From an uncultured virus (IMG/VR IMGVR_UViG_3300046455_000579) (lineage: Duplodnaviria; Heunggongvirae; Uroviricota; Caudoviricetes), in IMG/VR virus record IMGVR_UViG_3300046455_000579: 64,000 nucleotides of DNA. One strand, given 5' to 3'. Positions 8,803 through 17,800 of the stretch are shown piece after piece. The first letter of the stretch is position 1, and every line of letters starts with the position of its first letter. The position numbers and the translations under genes were made by a program. Under the pieces are notes generated by a model. That model ran no database searches, was not told the DNA's origin, and saw only the letters and a program-made list of their open reading frames with translations.

Positions 8803-9945
8803 CCCGGCAGGCCCGGCCTCCTTGACGGCTGCCTTCCCGATCTGCGCGAGCGGGTTGTTCTCGCCCTGGGCGTCGTCCTCGTCTACGTAGCCGATCAGCG
8901 CTTTGGACTGGTCGTCCCAGCCGCCGTGCCGGCCGATCTGCACGATGTCGACGCCCGCGGTCCGGGCCGACTTCACGAAGCCGCGGCGGGAGGAGTGGGA
9001 GCGCCACCGGCCCGGCAGCCCGGTCCGCTCGATGGACCGCTGGATGACGTCGGAGGCGGCCTCGGTCGTCAGCCGTCCGTCCTCGGCGCCGATAGGCTCA
9101 CCGCCACGCTGCATCTCCGGGTTGAGGTAGCCCCAGCGGTCCATGCGCAGGAACAGGGGGCCCACGGTGTGTCCGTTGTCGGCGAGGGCGGCAACCAGGG
9201 CGCGGACCGCGCGGACGGCGCACAGGTCGGGTTCGGGGTCGAGCGGAATGTCGGGGGTCTGCCACATCTTGCGCTTCTTGCGGTAGACGCGGACCTGCAG
9301 ACCGCCGTCGGGGAGATCGGTGAAGCTGTCCGGCCAGTTCAGCGGCACGAGTTCGCTGCCGCGCGAGGCCAGCGCGTGACCGAGCAGCATCAGGGCGGCG
9401 TCCCGCTTCCCTGCCAGGGTGGTGCGGTCCAGCTCACCGAGCGCGGTGCGCAGGACGGTCCGGTCGGCGGGGCTCGCCTTCTGCGGGCGGGCGGCCGGGT
9501 CCTGGGCGAGGGCGAGCTGCTCGCGGTAGCCGGCCACGACCTTCCGGGCGCCCATGGTGTCCGGGGGCCGGTACCCGGCGGCCCGGTGGGAGGAGCGGAT
9601 GGACGCGATGACGCGGTCCATCGTGTTCGGTCCGTACGGGCGTCCGGTGCGCGGCCGCGGAGTGCGCTTCAGGTAGGAGAGGTACTCGGTGACGGTCTGC
9701 GGCGCAGCCGGCAGCGGGCGGCGGCCGACGGACAGGCACCATGCGGTGAAGCGGTCCATGTCGCCCTTGTACGCCTTGGTGGTCTCCTCCGGGATTCCGG
9801 CCTTGACATCCTGCTGGGCTTCCTCGGACAGCCAGGCGTCCGGGTCCTCTTCCGTCAACGGGACGGCGGGGGCCCGGTCTTCGGGGATGGCGGGCAGCCG
9901 GTCGTCGACCAGCTCCGCGTCGACCACCTCGTCGCGCATGCTCAC
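8797..9945 (-). CDS. Cre-like tyrosine recombinase (probable resolvase/integrase)
   Basis: RDAALMLLG…RGSEL, HSSRRG, GGW and catalytic Y (IGYV) are all present. Confidence 0.85.
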   Translation of the reverse strand: MSMRDEVVDAELVDDRLPAIPEDRAPAVPLTEEDPDAWLSEEAQQDVKAGIPEETTKAYKGDMDRFTAWCLSVGRRPLPAAPQTVTEYLSYLKRTPRPRTGRPYGPNTMDRVIASIRSSHRAAGYRPPDTMGARKVVAGYREQLALAQDPAARPQKASPADRTVLRTALGELDRTTLAGKRDAALMLLGHALASRGSELVPLNWPDSFTDLPDGGLQVRVYRKKRKMWQTPDIPLDPEPDLCAVRAVRALVAALADNGHTVGPLFLRMDRWGYLNPEMQRGGEPIGAEDGRLTTEAASDVIQRSIERTGLPGRWRSHSSRRGFVKSARTAGVDIVQIGRHGGWDDQSKALIGYVDEDDAQGENNPLAQIGKAAVKEAGPAGS

Positions 9946-10337
9946 GGCCGCCAGTTCTCCTTGTAGTCCTGGTGCGTGGCGTACTCCAGCGCGTGCAGTT
10001 TGATGACGTCCATGTAAGCGACGGTGGCCACCTGGGAGTTGTCGTGGTCCCAGTTCATCTCCTTGCCGCGGAGGGTCTGGCCCAGTGCGGCTTCGAACAT
10101 GTCCAGGGTGGCTTCGATCGCGTCCAGGTGAGCTTTGAAGCGTCCCAAGGGGACGAGGGCTGTCGTGCCGCCGCCGGTGCCGATCTGGTGCTGTGCCCCT
10201 GTGATGACCGGACAGTGCACGGCGTCCAGCGTGCTACGGTCGTCGGCGATGCGTTTCCGGAGGAAGGTGGTGAGGTCGTCCACCGCGGGTGGGCCGGACG
10301 CGGCAATGACGCGGTGGGCGATTTCGGCCTCGTTCAC
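9942..10337 (-). CDS. DUF6221-like protein
   Basis: DLTTFLRKRIADD…LHALEYATHQDYKENWRP pattern. Confidence 0.6.
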   Translation of the reverse strand: MNEAEIAHRVIAASGPPAVDDLTTFLRKRIADDRSTLDAVHCPVITGAQHQIGTGGGTTALVPLGRFKAHLDAIEATLDMFEAALGQTLRGKEMNWDHDNSQVATVAYMDVIKLHALEYATHQDYKENWRP

Positions 10338-10448
10338 GGGTGTCTCCCCTGCCTCGGATGATCGCTCTACAGAAGGAACATTACTTGGAGCCAGCGTGCG
10401 CATTGCCTCCGAAACAGCGATACCCCCGCACGGTGGCGGGGGTATCGG

Positions 10449-10760
10449 CTAGGCGTTCCGAGTGATGCCGTACGGATCCCACGTCGGCTGGAAGTCGGAG
10501 TGCGTTGCCCACCGGCGAGCCACCAGCGCCAGGTAGTGGAACGGCATGGACGGGTCGTCGCCGTGCGAAAGTTCCGACTGTGCGACGCCCTTGATGTAGA
10601 CGGCGAGGTCGAGAAGCGACTGGAAGGCCCTGCCTTCTTCCGAGTCGTACCGTGCAGCGTCGCGTAGCGGACCAACCCGGGCCTGGATGAAAGCGACGAG
10701 GGCGTCGATGTCTTCCTGCGAACGAGGCGGTTCAGGCGTGTACTCGGTCTGATCGGTCAC
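10449..10760 (-). CDS. DUF6221-like protein
   Basis: LVAFIQARV…ARRWATHSDFQPTWDP. Confidence 0.55.
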   Translation of the reverse strand: MTDQTEYTPEPPRSQEDIDALVAFIQARVGPLRDAARYDSEEGRAFQSLLDLAVYIKGVAQSELSHGDDPSMPFHYLALVARRWATHSDFQPTWDPYGITRNA

Positions 10761-10804
10761 GGCATGTGAGCTTATCGGGAACCAGAGCGCGTGATCCCGG
10801 CGCC

Positions 10805-10921
10805 GAACTACTAGTCCGGGACGAAATGGGAGACCAGTAGTAGTTCTGGGAGATGACTGACCGTTTCGATCAGTTCGATTTTTCGTCAGGAACGATCCTA
10901 AGCGCGGACCGTTCCTGACGA
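10805..10921. repeat. two inverted repeats; candidate recombination site
   Basis: GAACTACTA/TAGTAGTTC at 10805-10846; TCGTCAGGAACGATCC-N7-GGACCGTTCCTGACGA at 10883-10921. Confidence 0.55.
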
Positions 10922-10937
10922 CCTGCTCCTTCGACGT

Positions 10938-11363
10938 TCAGGACGGACGTCCCATCGTCCAGCCCTGAACTTCCTGAACCCGGACCCGCCACAACGGCGA
11001 CTCCATGCCCTGAACGACGTCACCGTCCAACGTCCCCCGGTAGTTCGTGACCACCCGCGCGTTCTTCAGGTGTGCGAAGTACAGCGGGTCCTCGTCCCCC
11101 CGGGGACCGGTCTCCTCGCTGACGCTCTTCAGGAACTTGCCCACCAGGTCGGCGCCGTCGCCGACCTCCGCCATCCACCTCTCGAAGGCGGCCACCCACT
11201 GGTCATGACCGATCAGGTCACCGCACACCAGCGTTCCCCCGACCAGGAGGCTGACCGAAATGGAAGCCTGCTTTTGGTCCTCCAAGTCCAGGAACTCCAA
11301 CAGCGCGTCAAAGTAGAGGTCCCGGTACGCGCCCACGGCCGGCTGAGAGGTCTTTTCACTCAT
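10938..11363 (-). CDS. GvpU-like protein
   Basis: ISVSLLVGGTLVCGDLI…FAHLKNARV…LWRVRVQEVQGWTMG. Confidence 0.6.
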   Translation of the reverse strand: MSEKTSQPAVGAYRDLYFDALLEFLDLEDQKQASISVSLLVGGTLVCGDLIGHDQWVAAFERWMAEVGDGADLVGKFLKSVSEETGPRGDEDPLYFAHLKNARVVTNYRGTLDGDVVQGMESPLWRVRVQEVQGWTMGRPS

Positions 11364-11426
11364 TGTGCTTCCCCGCTGTGCAGAGTCCCGGCGGGCCCTG
11401 TGCCCCCAGCCGACTCGGATGCATCA

Positions 11427-11448
11427 ACGGTATCCCGCCCCACTGACA
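11427..11448 (-). promoter_or_regulatory. PafBC/RecA-NDp-type promoter
   Basis: Minus strand reads TGTCAG-TGGGGCGGGA-TACCGT. Confidence 0.6.
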
Positions 11449-11459
11449 ACGCGGCGTAG

Positions 11460-11618
11460 CTACTTCTTCGCCTGCAGCGCGAGGACGGGGGCGTGGCAGA
11501 GGACGCAGAGCGGGCTCGCCTTCTCGCCGTACCTTCGGGTGGGGTGGCCGCAGCCCGCGCACGGGCCGACCTGGGCGGGCGCGCACGTGGGCATAGGCGG
11601 AGCGGGAGGACTGGTCAT
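11460..11618 (-). CDS. small CxxC…CxxC zinc-finger protein (52 aa)
   Basis: Manual translation gives MTSPP…PCAGCGHPTRRYGEKASPLCVLCH…. Confidence 0.5.
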   Translation of the reverse strand: MTSPPAPPMPTCAPAQVGPCAGCGHPTRRYGEKASPLCVLCHAPVLALQAKK

Positions 11619-11634
11619 GCCGGGATCATCTCAC

Positions 11635-11913
11635 TCACCGGTCCTCGATCTTCAGATAGATCGACCGCTCAGCGATCAGCCCGCTGGTGGTGGTGATCTG
11701 GCAGACCACCGCGCTGACGTCACCGAGCGCCCCGCCTGATACCCGCTGGGTGACGACAGAACCGTTCACCACCGGTGCCCCGACAGCCGTGAGCCCATCA
11801 TTCGCAACGACCGTTGCTTCGCTGATGGTGTCGCCTACTTCCGCGAGCCAGAGCGTCCAGTCCCAGGTGTAGTCCAGCAGCTCGGAGGGGTCTTTGGCGA
11901 AGGTGGTGGACAT
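11635..11913 (-). CDS. phage tail fibre adaptor-like protein
   Basis: KDPSELLDYTWDW motif; located at the end of the fibre genes. Confidence 0.6.
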   Translation of the reverse strand: MSTTFAKDPSELLDYTWDWTLWLAEVGDTISEATVVANDGLTAVGAPVVNGSVVTQRVSGGALGDVSAVVCQITTTSGLIAERSIYLKIEDR

Positions 11914-11915
11914 GC

Positions 11916-13166
11916 CTACCTCACTGTCAGGGTGCGGTGCTCGGCGGGGACGACCATCCGTCGGCGCTCGGCGGGGACGGCGACCAGCCGGTCCTCGGCG
12001 GGGATCTGGACGGTGCGCTGGGGACTGGGCACGACGGTGCTTTGCCTGGCGATCGGGCGTGCCGTGGAGACGTCGATGGCCGGCGTCAGGGTGGCGGTCT
12101 TGAAGCCGGTGAGCGGTAGCGCCGTCTCGATCACGCTGGCGGTGGACAGCGTCACGACCGGGGCGGCCGGGGTGAGCGGTTGCGCTGCCTCGACCTCGCC
12201 GGCAATCCCGAGAGCGGCTGTCTTTTCCCCGGCGACGGGCTGGGCGGTGCTCTCCTCCGTGGCGGGCGGGAGGGCGGCGCTCTTGGCGCCGGTGAGGTCC
12301 TGCGCCGATGCGGCTTCGACCGCGGTGGGGAGCGCGAGCGACCGGGTGCCCGTGAGTGCTTGCCCGGCCTCGGTGGCTGTGGCAGTGCTGAGTTCGCTCG
12401 TCTTGCTGCCGGTCGGGATCTGCGCCGTCTCCACGACGGTGGCCACGCCCAGCGTTGCCGTCTTGACGCCAGTGAGGGGCTGGGCCGTCTCCAGTACAGA
12501 ACCTGGGCCAAGCGTTGCCGTCTTGGTGCCGGTGAGGGCCTGGGCCGTCTCCACCGCAGCGCCTGCGCTGAGGCTGGTGGTCTTCGCCCCGGTGAGCGCT
12601 TGGGCGGCTTCGGATGCGCTGGCCAGCGTGAGGGAACTGGTCGTTCCCGTGGTCACGTCGGCTGCGGAGAAATCATCGAAGCGGAGCGCGGACACGGACT
12701 CGGCTCGGATACCGACGCTCGTTCCGGTGGCCACGTTGGTGTCCGTGACGCTGACCCTCTGGACACCGTTGACAAAGCCCTTGATCGTCGTGCCGACGAC
12801 CTGGAGCTTGGCGACGTCGCCCGAGACGGCCGCTGCGGCGTAGCTGCCGATGCTGATGAACGAGCCGCCGACGACCGCGAACAAGGTCCAGTTCGAGCCG
12901 TCATTACGCCACAAATAGCCGCTCGTGATGTTGCTGTTGCCTCTGCACCATATGCCGTGGCTGACTGCTGCGGTGACAGCGATCGTCGTCTGCACGTAGT
13001 GGTCGTTGCTGGCCATCGCTCCGGCGGCGCGGAGGATGATGGTGCCGCCGGCCGAGCCCGAAGACAGTCGGTTGGAGACGATCGACCAGTCCCCCGACAC
13101 CTCGACCCAGCCGGCGCCCAGGCTGGAGCTGTCCGACCGGTTGAAGTCGTCGGTGAAGGTGGTCAC
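11916..13166 (-). CDS. phage fibre or minor structural protein (beta-sandwich plus repeats)
   Basis: FTDDFNRSD lectin-like N-terminus; about ten ETAQxLTGxKT repeats of roughly 21 aa. Confidence 0.65.
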   Translation of the reverse strand: MTTFTDDFNRSDSSSLGAGWVEVSGDWSIVSNRLSSGSAGGTIILRAAGAMASNDHYVQTTIAVTAAVSHGIWCRGNSNITSGYLWRNDGSNWTLFAVVGGSFISIGSYAAAAVSGDVAKLQVVGTTIKGFVNGVQRVSVTDTNVATGTSVGIRAESVSALRFDDFSAADVTTGTTSSLTLASASEAAQALTGAKTTSLSAGAAVETAQALTGTKTATLGPGSVLETAQPLTGVKTATLGVATVVETAQIPTGSKTSELSTATATEAGQALTGTRSLALPTAVEAASAQDLTGAKSAALPPATEESTAQPVAGEKTAALGIAGEVEAAQPLTPAAPVVTLSTASVIETALPLTGFKTATLTPAIDVSTARPIARQSTVVPSPQRTVQIPAEDRLVAVPAERRRMVVPAEHRTLTVR

Positions 13167-13169
13167 GGG

Positions 13170-13619
13170 CTATGCCGCCGAGGTGACCCGCGCGAAGTCC
13201 GCGACCGTCAGGGTGAAGTTGTTGCCGTCCGGGGTGAGGGTCACGTCGTGGAGGCTCAGCGGCACGATGCTGGAGTCGGTCCCCGTGGTCGTGTCCGGGT
13301 CGAAGCAGATCAGCAGCTTCGAGATCGCGTTGCCCGAGGCCGCGGTCCACGTCTGGTCGGCGAAGTCCAGGGCGAGCCGGTCATTCGTGTCGTCGACGGT
13401 GGCAGTGCAGGCGGTAACCGTCTTCCTGCCCATGGTCGTCTGCTCGTTGGTGGTGCCGGACAGGAACGCTGCGAGGTCGTCTTTGTCGCGCAGGACCGAG
13501 TCCGTTTCCAGGCCCGAGGTTTCGATGGGGACGAGGATGAGTGCGGCGTTTCCGACGCCGACCTGTTCGGCGTACCGCTTCAGGTAGCCGAGCGCGATGT
13601 TCAGGACGATGTTGGCCAT
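13170..13619 (-). CDS. phage minor structural protein
   Basis: MANIVLNIALG… beta-rich sequence; GGAG RBS. Confidence 0.6.
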   Translation of the reverse strand: MANIVLNIALGYLKRYAEQVGVGNAALILVPIETSGLETDSVLRDKDDLAAFLSGTTNEQTTMGRKTVTACTATVDDTNDRLALDFADQTWTAASGNAISKLLICFDPDTTTGTDSSIVPLSLHDVTLTPDGNNFTLTVADFARVTSAA

Positions 13620-13651
13620 GGTCACTCCAGTTCTTGCGGGTCGATGCGGCG

Positions 13652-13975
13652 TTACGGGCTTGGGGCCGAGGAGGTCGACGGGGTCGGGGTGGGAACGGTG
13701 GCGCAGATCTTGTCGGCGGCCGTACGGACGGCGCCGGACAGCTTCGCCTGGGCGTCGTCGCGCATTACCGCCCACAGGGCGCAGGTGAGTTGCTGCTGGT
13801 CGGTGCGCTGGGCGAGGCCGGTGGTCTGCCCGGATCGCAGGGTGGCGAGGCGGTCCTGGGCGCGGGAGTTCTGCCAGATCAGTAGGACGGCCAGGATGAG
13901 CATGGTGGCCAGCACGACAGCGATGACGGGGGTGGTGTCATGCCGGGGGCGGCGCAGGGGAATCGGTGCGGCCAC
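13652..13975 (-). CDS. single-TM membrane protein in the lysis cassette
   Basis: TM helix, two Cys, GAGGAGG RBS. Confidence 0.6.
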   Translation of the reverse strand: MAAPIPLRRPRHDTTPVIAVVLATMLILAVLLIWQNSRAQDRLATLRSGQTTGLAQRTDQQQLTCALWAVMRDDAQAKLSGAVRTAADKICATVPTPTPSTSSAPSP

Positions 13976-13990
13976 GATGGCCTCCTCTCT

Positions 13991-14620
13991 TCAGGGGGCT
14001 ATCAGGCCGAGGAGGCCGGACAGCAGGGACGTGTCGGTCGGGGTGGGGGATGCGGTCGGGGTGGGGCTGGTCGTGGGGGTGCGGCGGCAGACGAGGGTGT
14101 CGGGGTCGTCCGGGGCCGGTTGGAGGGTGTAGCCGTCGGGGCAGGTCTGGCCGTCCTTGCCGTCGGCGCCGTTGGATCCGTCCTGTCCGCTGGTGCCGTC
14201 GGTTCCCTTCGCGCCGTCTTGTCCTGCCGCTCCGGAGGAGCCGGCGGCGCCCGGCTGCCCGGTGGGGCCGGGTGAGCCGTCCGGTCCCGGAGCCCCAGCG
14301 GGTCCGGGCGGGCCGGGCACGGTGGACGTCGGCCCGGGGGAACCGGTGTCGCCCTTCTCGCCCGGTTCACCGGGAAGGCCCGGGGATCCGGTGGCGTCCT
14401 GGCCGGGCTTGCCGGACGGTCCGGCGACGGGGTCGCCGCCCAGTTCGCGTACCTGCGCTGCGAGGGCGTCACGGTCCTTGCGCGCTTCGTGGAGCGAGGC
14501 GGACAGGTCCCGCATCGTGACGACGATCCACCCCAGCACAGTGATCAGTAAGGCGACGCCGACTACCCAGACCACGTCGGTACGCCGTTTGCGGCGCCTG
14601 GACGCCGGACTCTCCCTCAC
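13991..14620 (-). CDS. membrane-anchored collagen-like protein
   Basis: N-terminal TM helix, coiled coil and a long Gly-X-Y tract. Confidence 0.75.
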   Translation of the reverse strand: MRESPASRRRKRRTDVVWVVGVALLITVLGWIVVTMRDLSASLHEARKDRDALAAQVRELGGDPVAGPSGKPGQDATGSPGLPGEPGEKGDTGSPGPTSTVPGPPGPAGAPGPDGSPGPTGQPGAAGSSGAAGQDGAKGTDGTSGQDGSNGADGKDGQTCPDGYTLQPAPDDPDTLVCRRTPTTSPTPTASPTPTDTSLLSGLLGLIAP

Positions 14621-14961
14621 GATGACCCCTTACTGGCCAGGTAGACCTGCAGAAGTAGGAGCAGGAGGGGGGCGACGAGAGCGGTCAGCATGAGCCGTTT
14701 GTCGCCTGCTCTACGGGTTTCCAACTCGCGCTGCTCTGTCTGCTTCTGCTGCGCTTCCCGCTCCCGGGCCTGCTCGATCGCGGCGATCCGAGCGACAGCG
14801 GCGGCGTGGCGGTCGTCCTGCGCCTGCTGCTGGAGGGCGAGCAGGCTGGTGTCGGCCTTGGTGTCCAGGCGCCCCGCGAGGGTGCGCATGTCCTCCTTGA
14901 GGTCGTCGAATCCGGCGTCGAGGCGACGAGCCAGCTCCCCGTTCGTTGGCTCGTCGCCCAC
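14617..14961 (-). CDS. coiled-coil protein with a C-terminal TM helix (lysis accessory)
   Basis: GTG 14961 with AGGAG RBS; MGDEPTNGELARRL…. Confidence 0.6.
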   Translation of the reverse strand: MGDEPTNGELARRLDAGFDDLKEDMRTLAGRLDTKADTSLLALQQQAQDDRHAAAVARIAAIEQAREREAQQKQTEQRELETRRAGDKRLMLTALVAPLLLLLLQVYLASKGSS

Positions 14962-14978
14962 GGCAGCGGCTCCTAAAT

Positions 14979-15341
14979 TCAGGCCTGCACCGACCGCACG
15001 GCGGCGGCCGGAACGGGGGCGGTGACCTGGGTGCGGTCCCACATGCCGACGACGATGGTGACTGCGGTCAGGACGACGGCCTGCTTCTCCGAGGACCAGT
15101 CCAGGCCGAGGCCGACGGCCAGGGCGAGGGCGGCCTGCGCGAAGCCGATCAGCGCGGCGCCGACGGCGTCGTGGGCGATGAGGGCGACCAGAACGCCGAC
15201 GGCGGCCGCAGCCGCGCCGTTGACCCAAGCCTGGGTGTCGGCGGAGGCGTCCCAGCCGAACGCGGCGGACAGCTTCACGCAGATCGCAACGAGGGCCAGG
15301 ATGGCGGCGGGCTCACGCCCGAGGATCTTTACCGGGGACAC
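14979..15341 (-). CDS. holin
   Basis: ILGREPA N-terminus, about 4 TM helices, RTQVTAP C-terminus; follows the endolysin. Confidence 0.75.
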   Translation of the reverse strand: MSPVKILGREPAAILALVAICVKLSAAFGWDASADTQAWVNGAAAAAVGVLVALIAHDAVGAALIGFAQAALALAVGLGLDWSSEKQAVVLTAVTIVVGMWDRTQVTAPVPAAAVRSVQA

Positions 15342-15383
15342 GACGGTCTCCTTCTGGAGGGATGGGGTGGGGCGGGGGGTGGG

Positions 15384-16607
15384 TCAGACGTTGGGTACGC
15401 GAAGGGCGTCCCACGACTTTTTGCCGGGGATGCCGTCGCACTCGGCATCCGTCCAGCCCAGGGCGTTGGCCTTGGAGAATTTTCGCTGCCACGCCGCGTA
15501 GGAACGGCGGTCGGAGTTCGTCCAGTTCGGGCCGGGGCCGGAGGCGTACCTGCCGCAGCCCTCGGCGACCAGGCGCCGGCCCATCGCGGTGACGATCGGC
15601 GAGTGGCGGCCGCCGTGGAAGAACGCGGCACCGGGGAACGGCTCGGTCGACGGCCTGGCAGGCTTCGTGGGTGTGGCCGGGGTGGTCGGCTTCGGCGCGG
15701 GAGCAGCAGCAGGCTTGCCGGGCACGATGGCGGTGTCGATCGCTCCGGGGTCCCAGTGGTCGTTTCCGGGGACCTGCGCGTGCGCGTAGTGCCCGCCTTC
15801 GTTCTGCCACGTGGTCCGCGACCGGGAGCCCTTCGCCGCGGCCGCAGCAGTGGCGGGCGGCTTTCCGGCGGGCCAGACGTCGGGAATGCCGTGCGCGCGC
15901 AGAGCGGCCTTCAGCTTCTGGAAGTTCGGCTTCTTCGTCTCGTCGAACCCGTTGGTCCATGGCGAGGCGGCGCGGCCGAGGACCTCGATCTGGACGTTCA
16001 CCTTGCCCTCGCGGTTGGTGCGCCGGGTGCCGTCGTTCTTCAGGGCGCGCGCGGAGGCGGTGAGCGGGCCGAACTGGCCGATGAGGTCGGAGTCCGGGCA
16101 GTAGATGACCTGTGGTTCGGATGCGACGCGGATCAGGTAGGCGGCGACGGACGCGAAGTACGCGGCGCCGGCCGGGGACTCGGTGGTGTGCCAGGTTGCC
16201 CGGGGCGGGTTGCCGGGGTAGTCCATGGCGCCGCCGATGGCCTGGCTGCCGAACTTGGTGGCGCCGGAGATGTAGGCCGGGCCCGCCGTGGTACCGCGCG
16301 GCAGGTCCGCGCTCTCCTTGACGGCCCGCTTCTTCGCGGCGGGGTCCGGGTCGTACACCCGGTACTCGGGGGCGCCGACGGGGACGTACACGTCCAGGTT
16401 GTCGTCGTCGCGGAGCACCATGAAGGCGCCCTCGATGTGCGGGTGGTCCTTCACGAACTGCGGGGAGTCATCCAGCGCGGCGATCGCGCGGACTTCGTCG
16501 ACGTGGGCCTGGTCGCAGGTGCCCAGGTAGACGGTCTCCGTGTGAAGTTCGGGGGTGTCCGGATCGGGGGAGGCGAGGGTGTCGACTGCGACGTGGTACT
16601 CGGTCAT
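15384..16607 (-). CDS. endolysin (Zn N-acetylmuramoyl-L-alanine amidase plus peptidoglycan-binding domain) with an extra N-terminal domain
   Basis: WHTTES, QIEV, HYAHAQVPGNDHWDPG; C-terminal DGIPGKKSWDAL. Confidence 0.85.
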   Translation of the reverse strand: MTEYHVAVDTLASPDPDTPELHTETVYLGTCDQAHVDEVRAIAALDDSPQFVKDHPHIEGAFMVLRDDDNLDVYVPVGAPEYRVYDPDPAAKKRAVKESADLPRGTTAGPAYISGATKFGSQAIGGAMDYPGNPPRATWHTTESPAGAAYFASVAAYLIRVASEPQVIYCPDSDLIGQFGPLTASARALKNDGTRRTNREGKVNVQIEVLGRAASPWTNGFDETKKPNFQKLKAALRAHGIPDVWPAGKPPATAAAAAKGSRSRTTWQNEGGHYAHAQVPGNDHWDPGAIDTAIVPGKPAAAPAPKPTTPATPTKPARPSTEPFPGAAFFHGGRHSPIVTAMGRRLVAEGCGRYASGPGPNWTNSDRRSYAAWQRKFSKANALGWTDAECDGIPGKKSWDALRVPNV

Positions 16608-17428
16608 CGGCTGGCGTCCAATCGGGGCTGGACGAGGTCGATCTCGTCCCGGAGGGCCTGGTAGAGGGCGAGGGACATGCGGAACTCGCCGGCGTCGCCC
16701 CAGGAGGCGGACCAGCTGTTGCGTACGCGCAGGACGGTCTGCTCGAGGACCAGGTGGCCGTCCGGGTCGGTGACGGCGGACTCGAGGGCGGTGATGCACA
16801 CCTCGTGGCCGCCGGCGACGGGTGAGTCCTGCCAGCCGGGAATGTCGTCGAGGACGGCGTGGGCGCCGGACGGCTCGAAGAACGCCTGGTACCAGGGCAT
16901 GCCCATCAGTACCGGTCCGGTCTGCAGGAGGGCGCAGAGTTCCGCGGCAGTGGTGGCGTGCCCGTACTGGTCGATGAGGCCACGCGAGCGCAGGGCTTTG
17001 GCGACGCCGAGGCCGGAGGAGCCGCAGTCGTCGGAGGGCCACTGCTGGTCCAGCCACTGGTCATGTCGGGTGGCGTCGGAGTACAGGCCGATCGCCCATT
17101 CCTCGGCGGCCAGCGGATCGGAGACGTCCAGGCCCTTCGCGGTCAGTGTCTCCGTGTCGTGGAGGACGGAGACCAGCGCGGTGGCGGCGTTGGCGGTGCA
17201 GGAGCCCAGAGCGTCGACGTCGGGTGCGCCGGGGGCCAGGAGGCTGGTGCGGATGCCCTGGCCGAGGAGGTCCTGCTGGTCCAGGACCGGAATCTTGGGC
17301 TGCCACGCGGTGGGATGCAGCGGTCCGCCGTCGTAGCGGCGCCGGTAGGCGAGGCTGCGCGGGTCCAGCACTAGGTGCCGGCCGAGCTGTCCGGTGACGT
17401 CGTACCGCTTGATGTCGAGGTCGGGCAC
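16604..17428 (-). CDS. papain-like (C1) cysteine peptidase
   Basis: VLDQ…GSCTANA (Cys), GGHEV (His), VRNSWSASWGDAG (Asn); start at 17428 or 17446. Confidence 0.85.
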   Translation of the reverse strand: MPDLDIKRYDVTGQLGRHLVLDPRSLAYRRRYDGGPLHPTAWQPKIPVLDQQDLLGQGIRTSLLAPGAPDVDALGSCTANAATALVSVLHDTETLTAKGLDVSDPLAAEEWAIGLYSDATRHDQWLDQQWPSDDCGSSGLGVAKALRSRGLIDQYGHATTAAELCALLQTGPVLMGMPWYQAFFEPSGAHAVLDDIPGWQDSPVAGGHEVCITALESAVTDPDGHLVLEQTVLRVRNSWSASWGDAGEFRMSLALYQALRDEIDLVQPRLDASR

Positions 17429-17573
17429 CCGACCCTGCTCCTGCACTCCCCGCGCCTGAGCTGCTGTGTGGCGGACCGCTGTGGTGCGGTCGTCCCTCGG
17501 GGTGTGGAGTGTGGGGCGGAGGGTCGCCCGGTGATCTCAGGCTACGGCCTGACGGGGCGTGTGTTGCCCCGGC

Positions 17574-17798
17574 TCATTCGCCGAGCGGCGGGAGCGGGGT
17601 GACGGGGAAGATCTGCTCGTGCCGGGCTGCGGTGACGGACGCGAAGTCGGTGCCAGTCTGGATGAGCCATTCCTGGATGTGGTGGGCGAGGGCGACTTCG
17701 TCGACGCGCTGGTTGTCGGACTGCACGTGCACGGTGACGACGGTGGGGTTCTCGTCACCGTTGCTGGTGCAGGTGAGGACAGTGCTGGGGAAGTCCAT
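17574..17798 (-). CDS. small hypothetical protein, possibly a fibre chaperone
   Basis: ATG directly after the tail fibre stop. Confidence 0.5.
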   Translation of the reverse strand: MDFPSTVLTCTSNGDENPTVVTVHVQSDNQRVDEVALAHHIQEWLIQTGTDFASVTAARHEQIFPVTPLPPLGE

Positions 17799-17800
17799 GA

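Noticed and set aside
10864..10880. LexA (SOS) box
   Set aside because: TCGATCAGTTCGA does not fit TCGAAC-N4-GTTCGA
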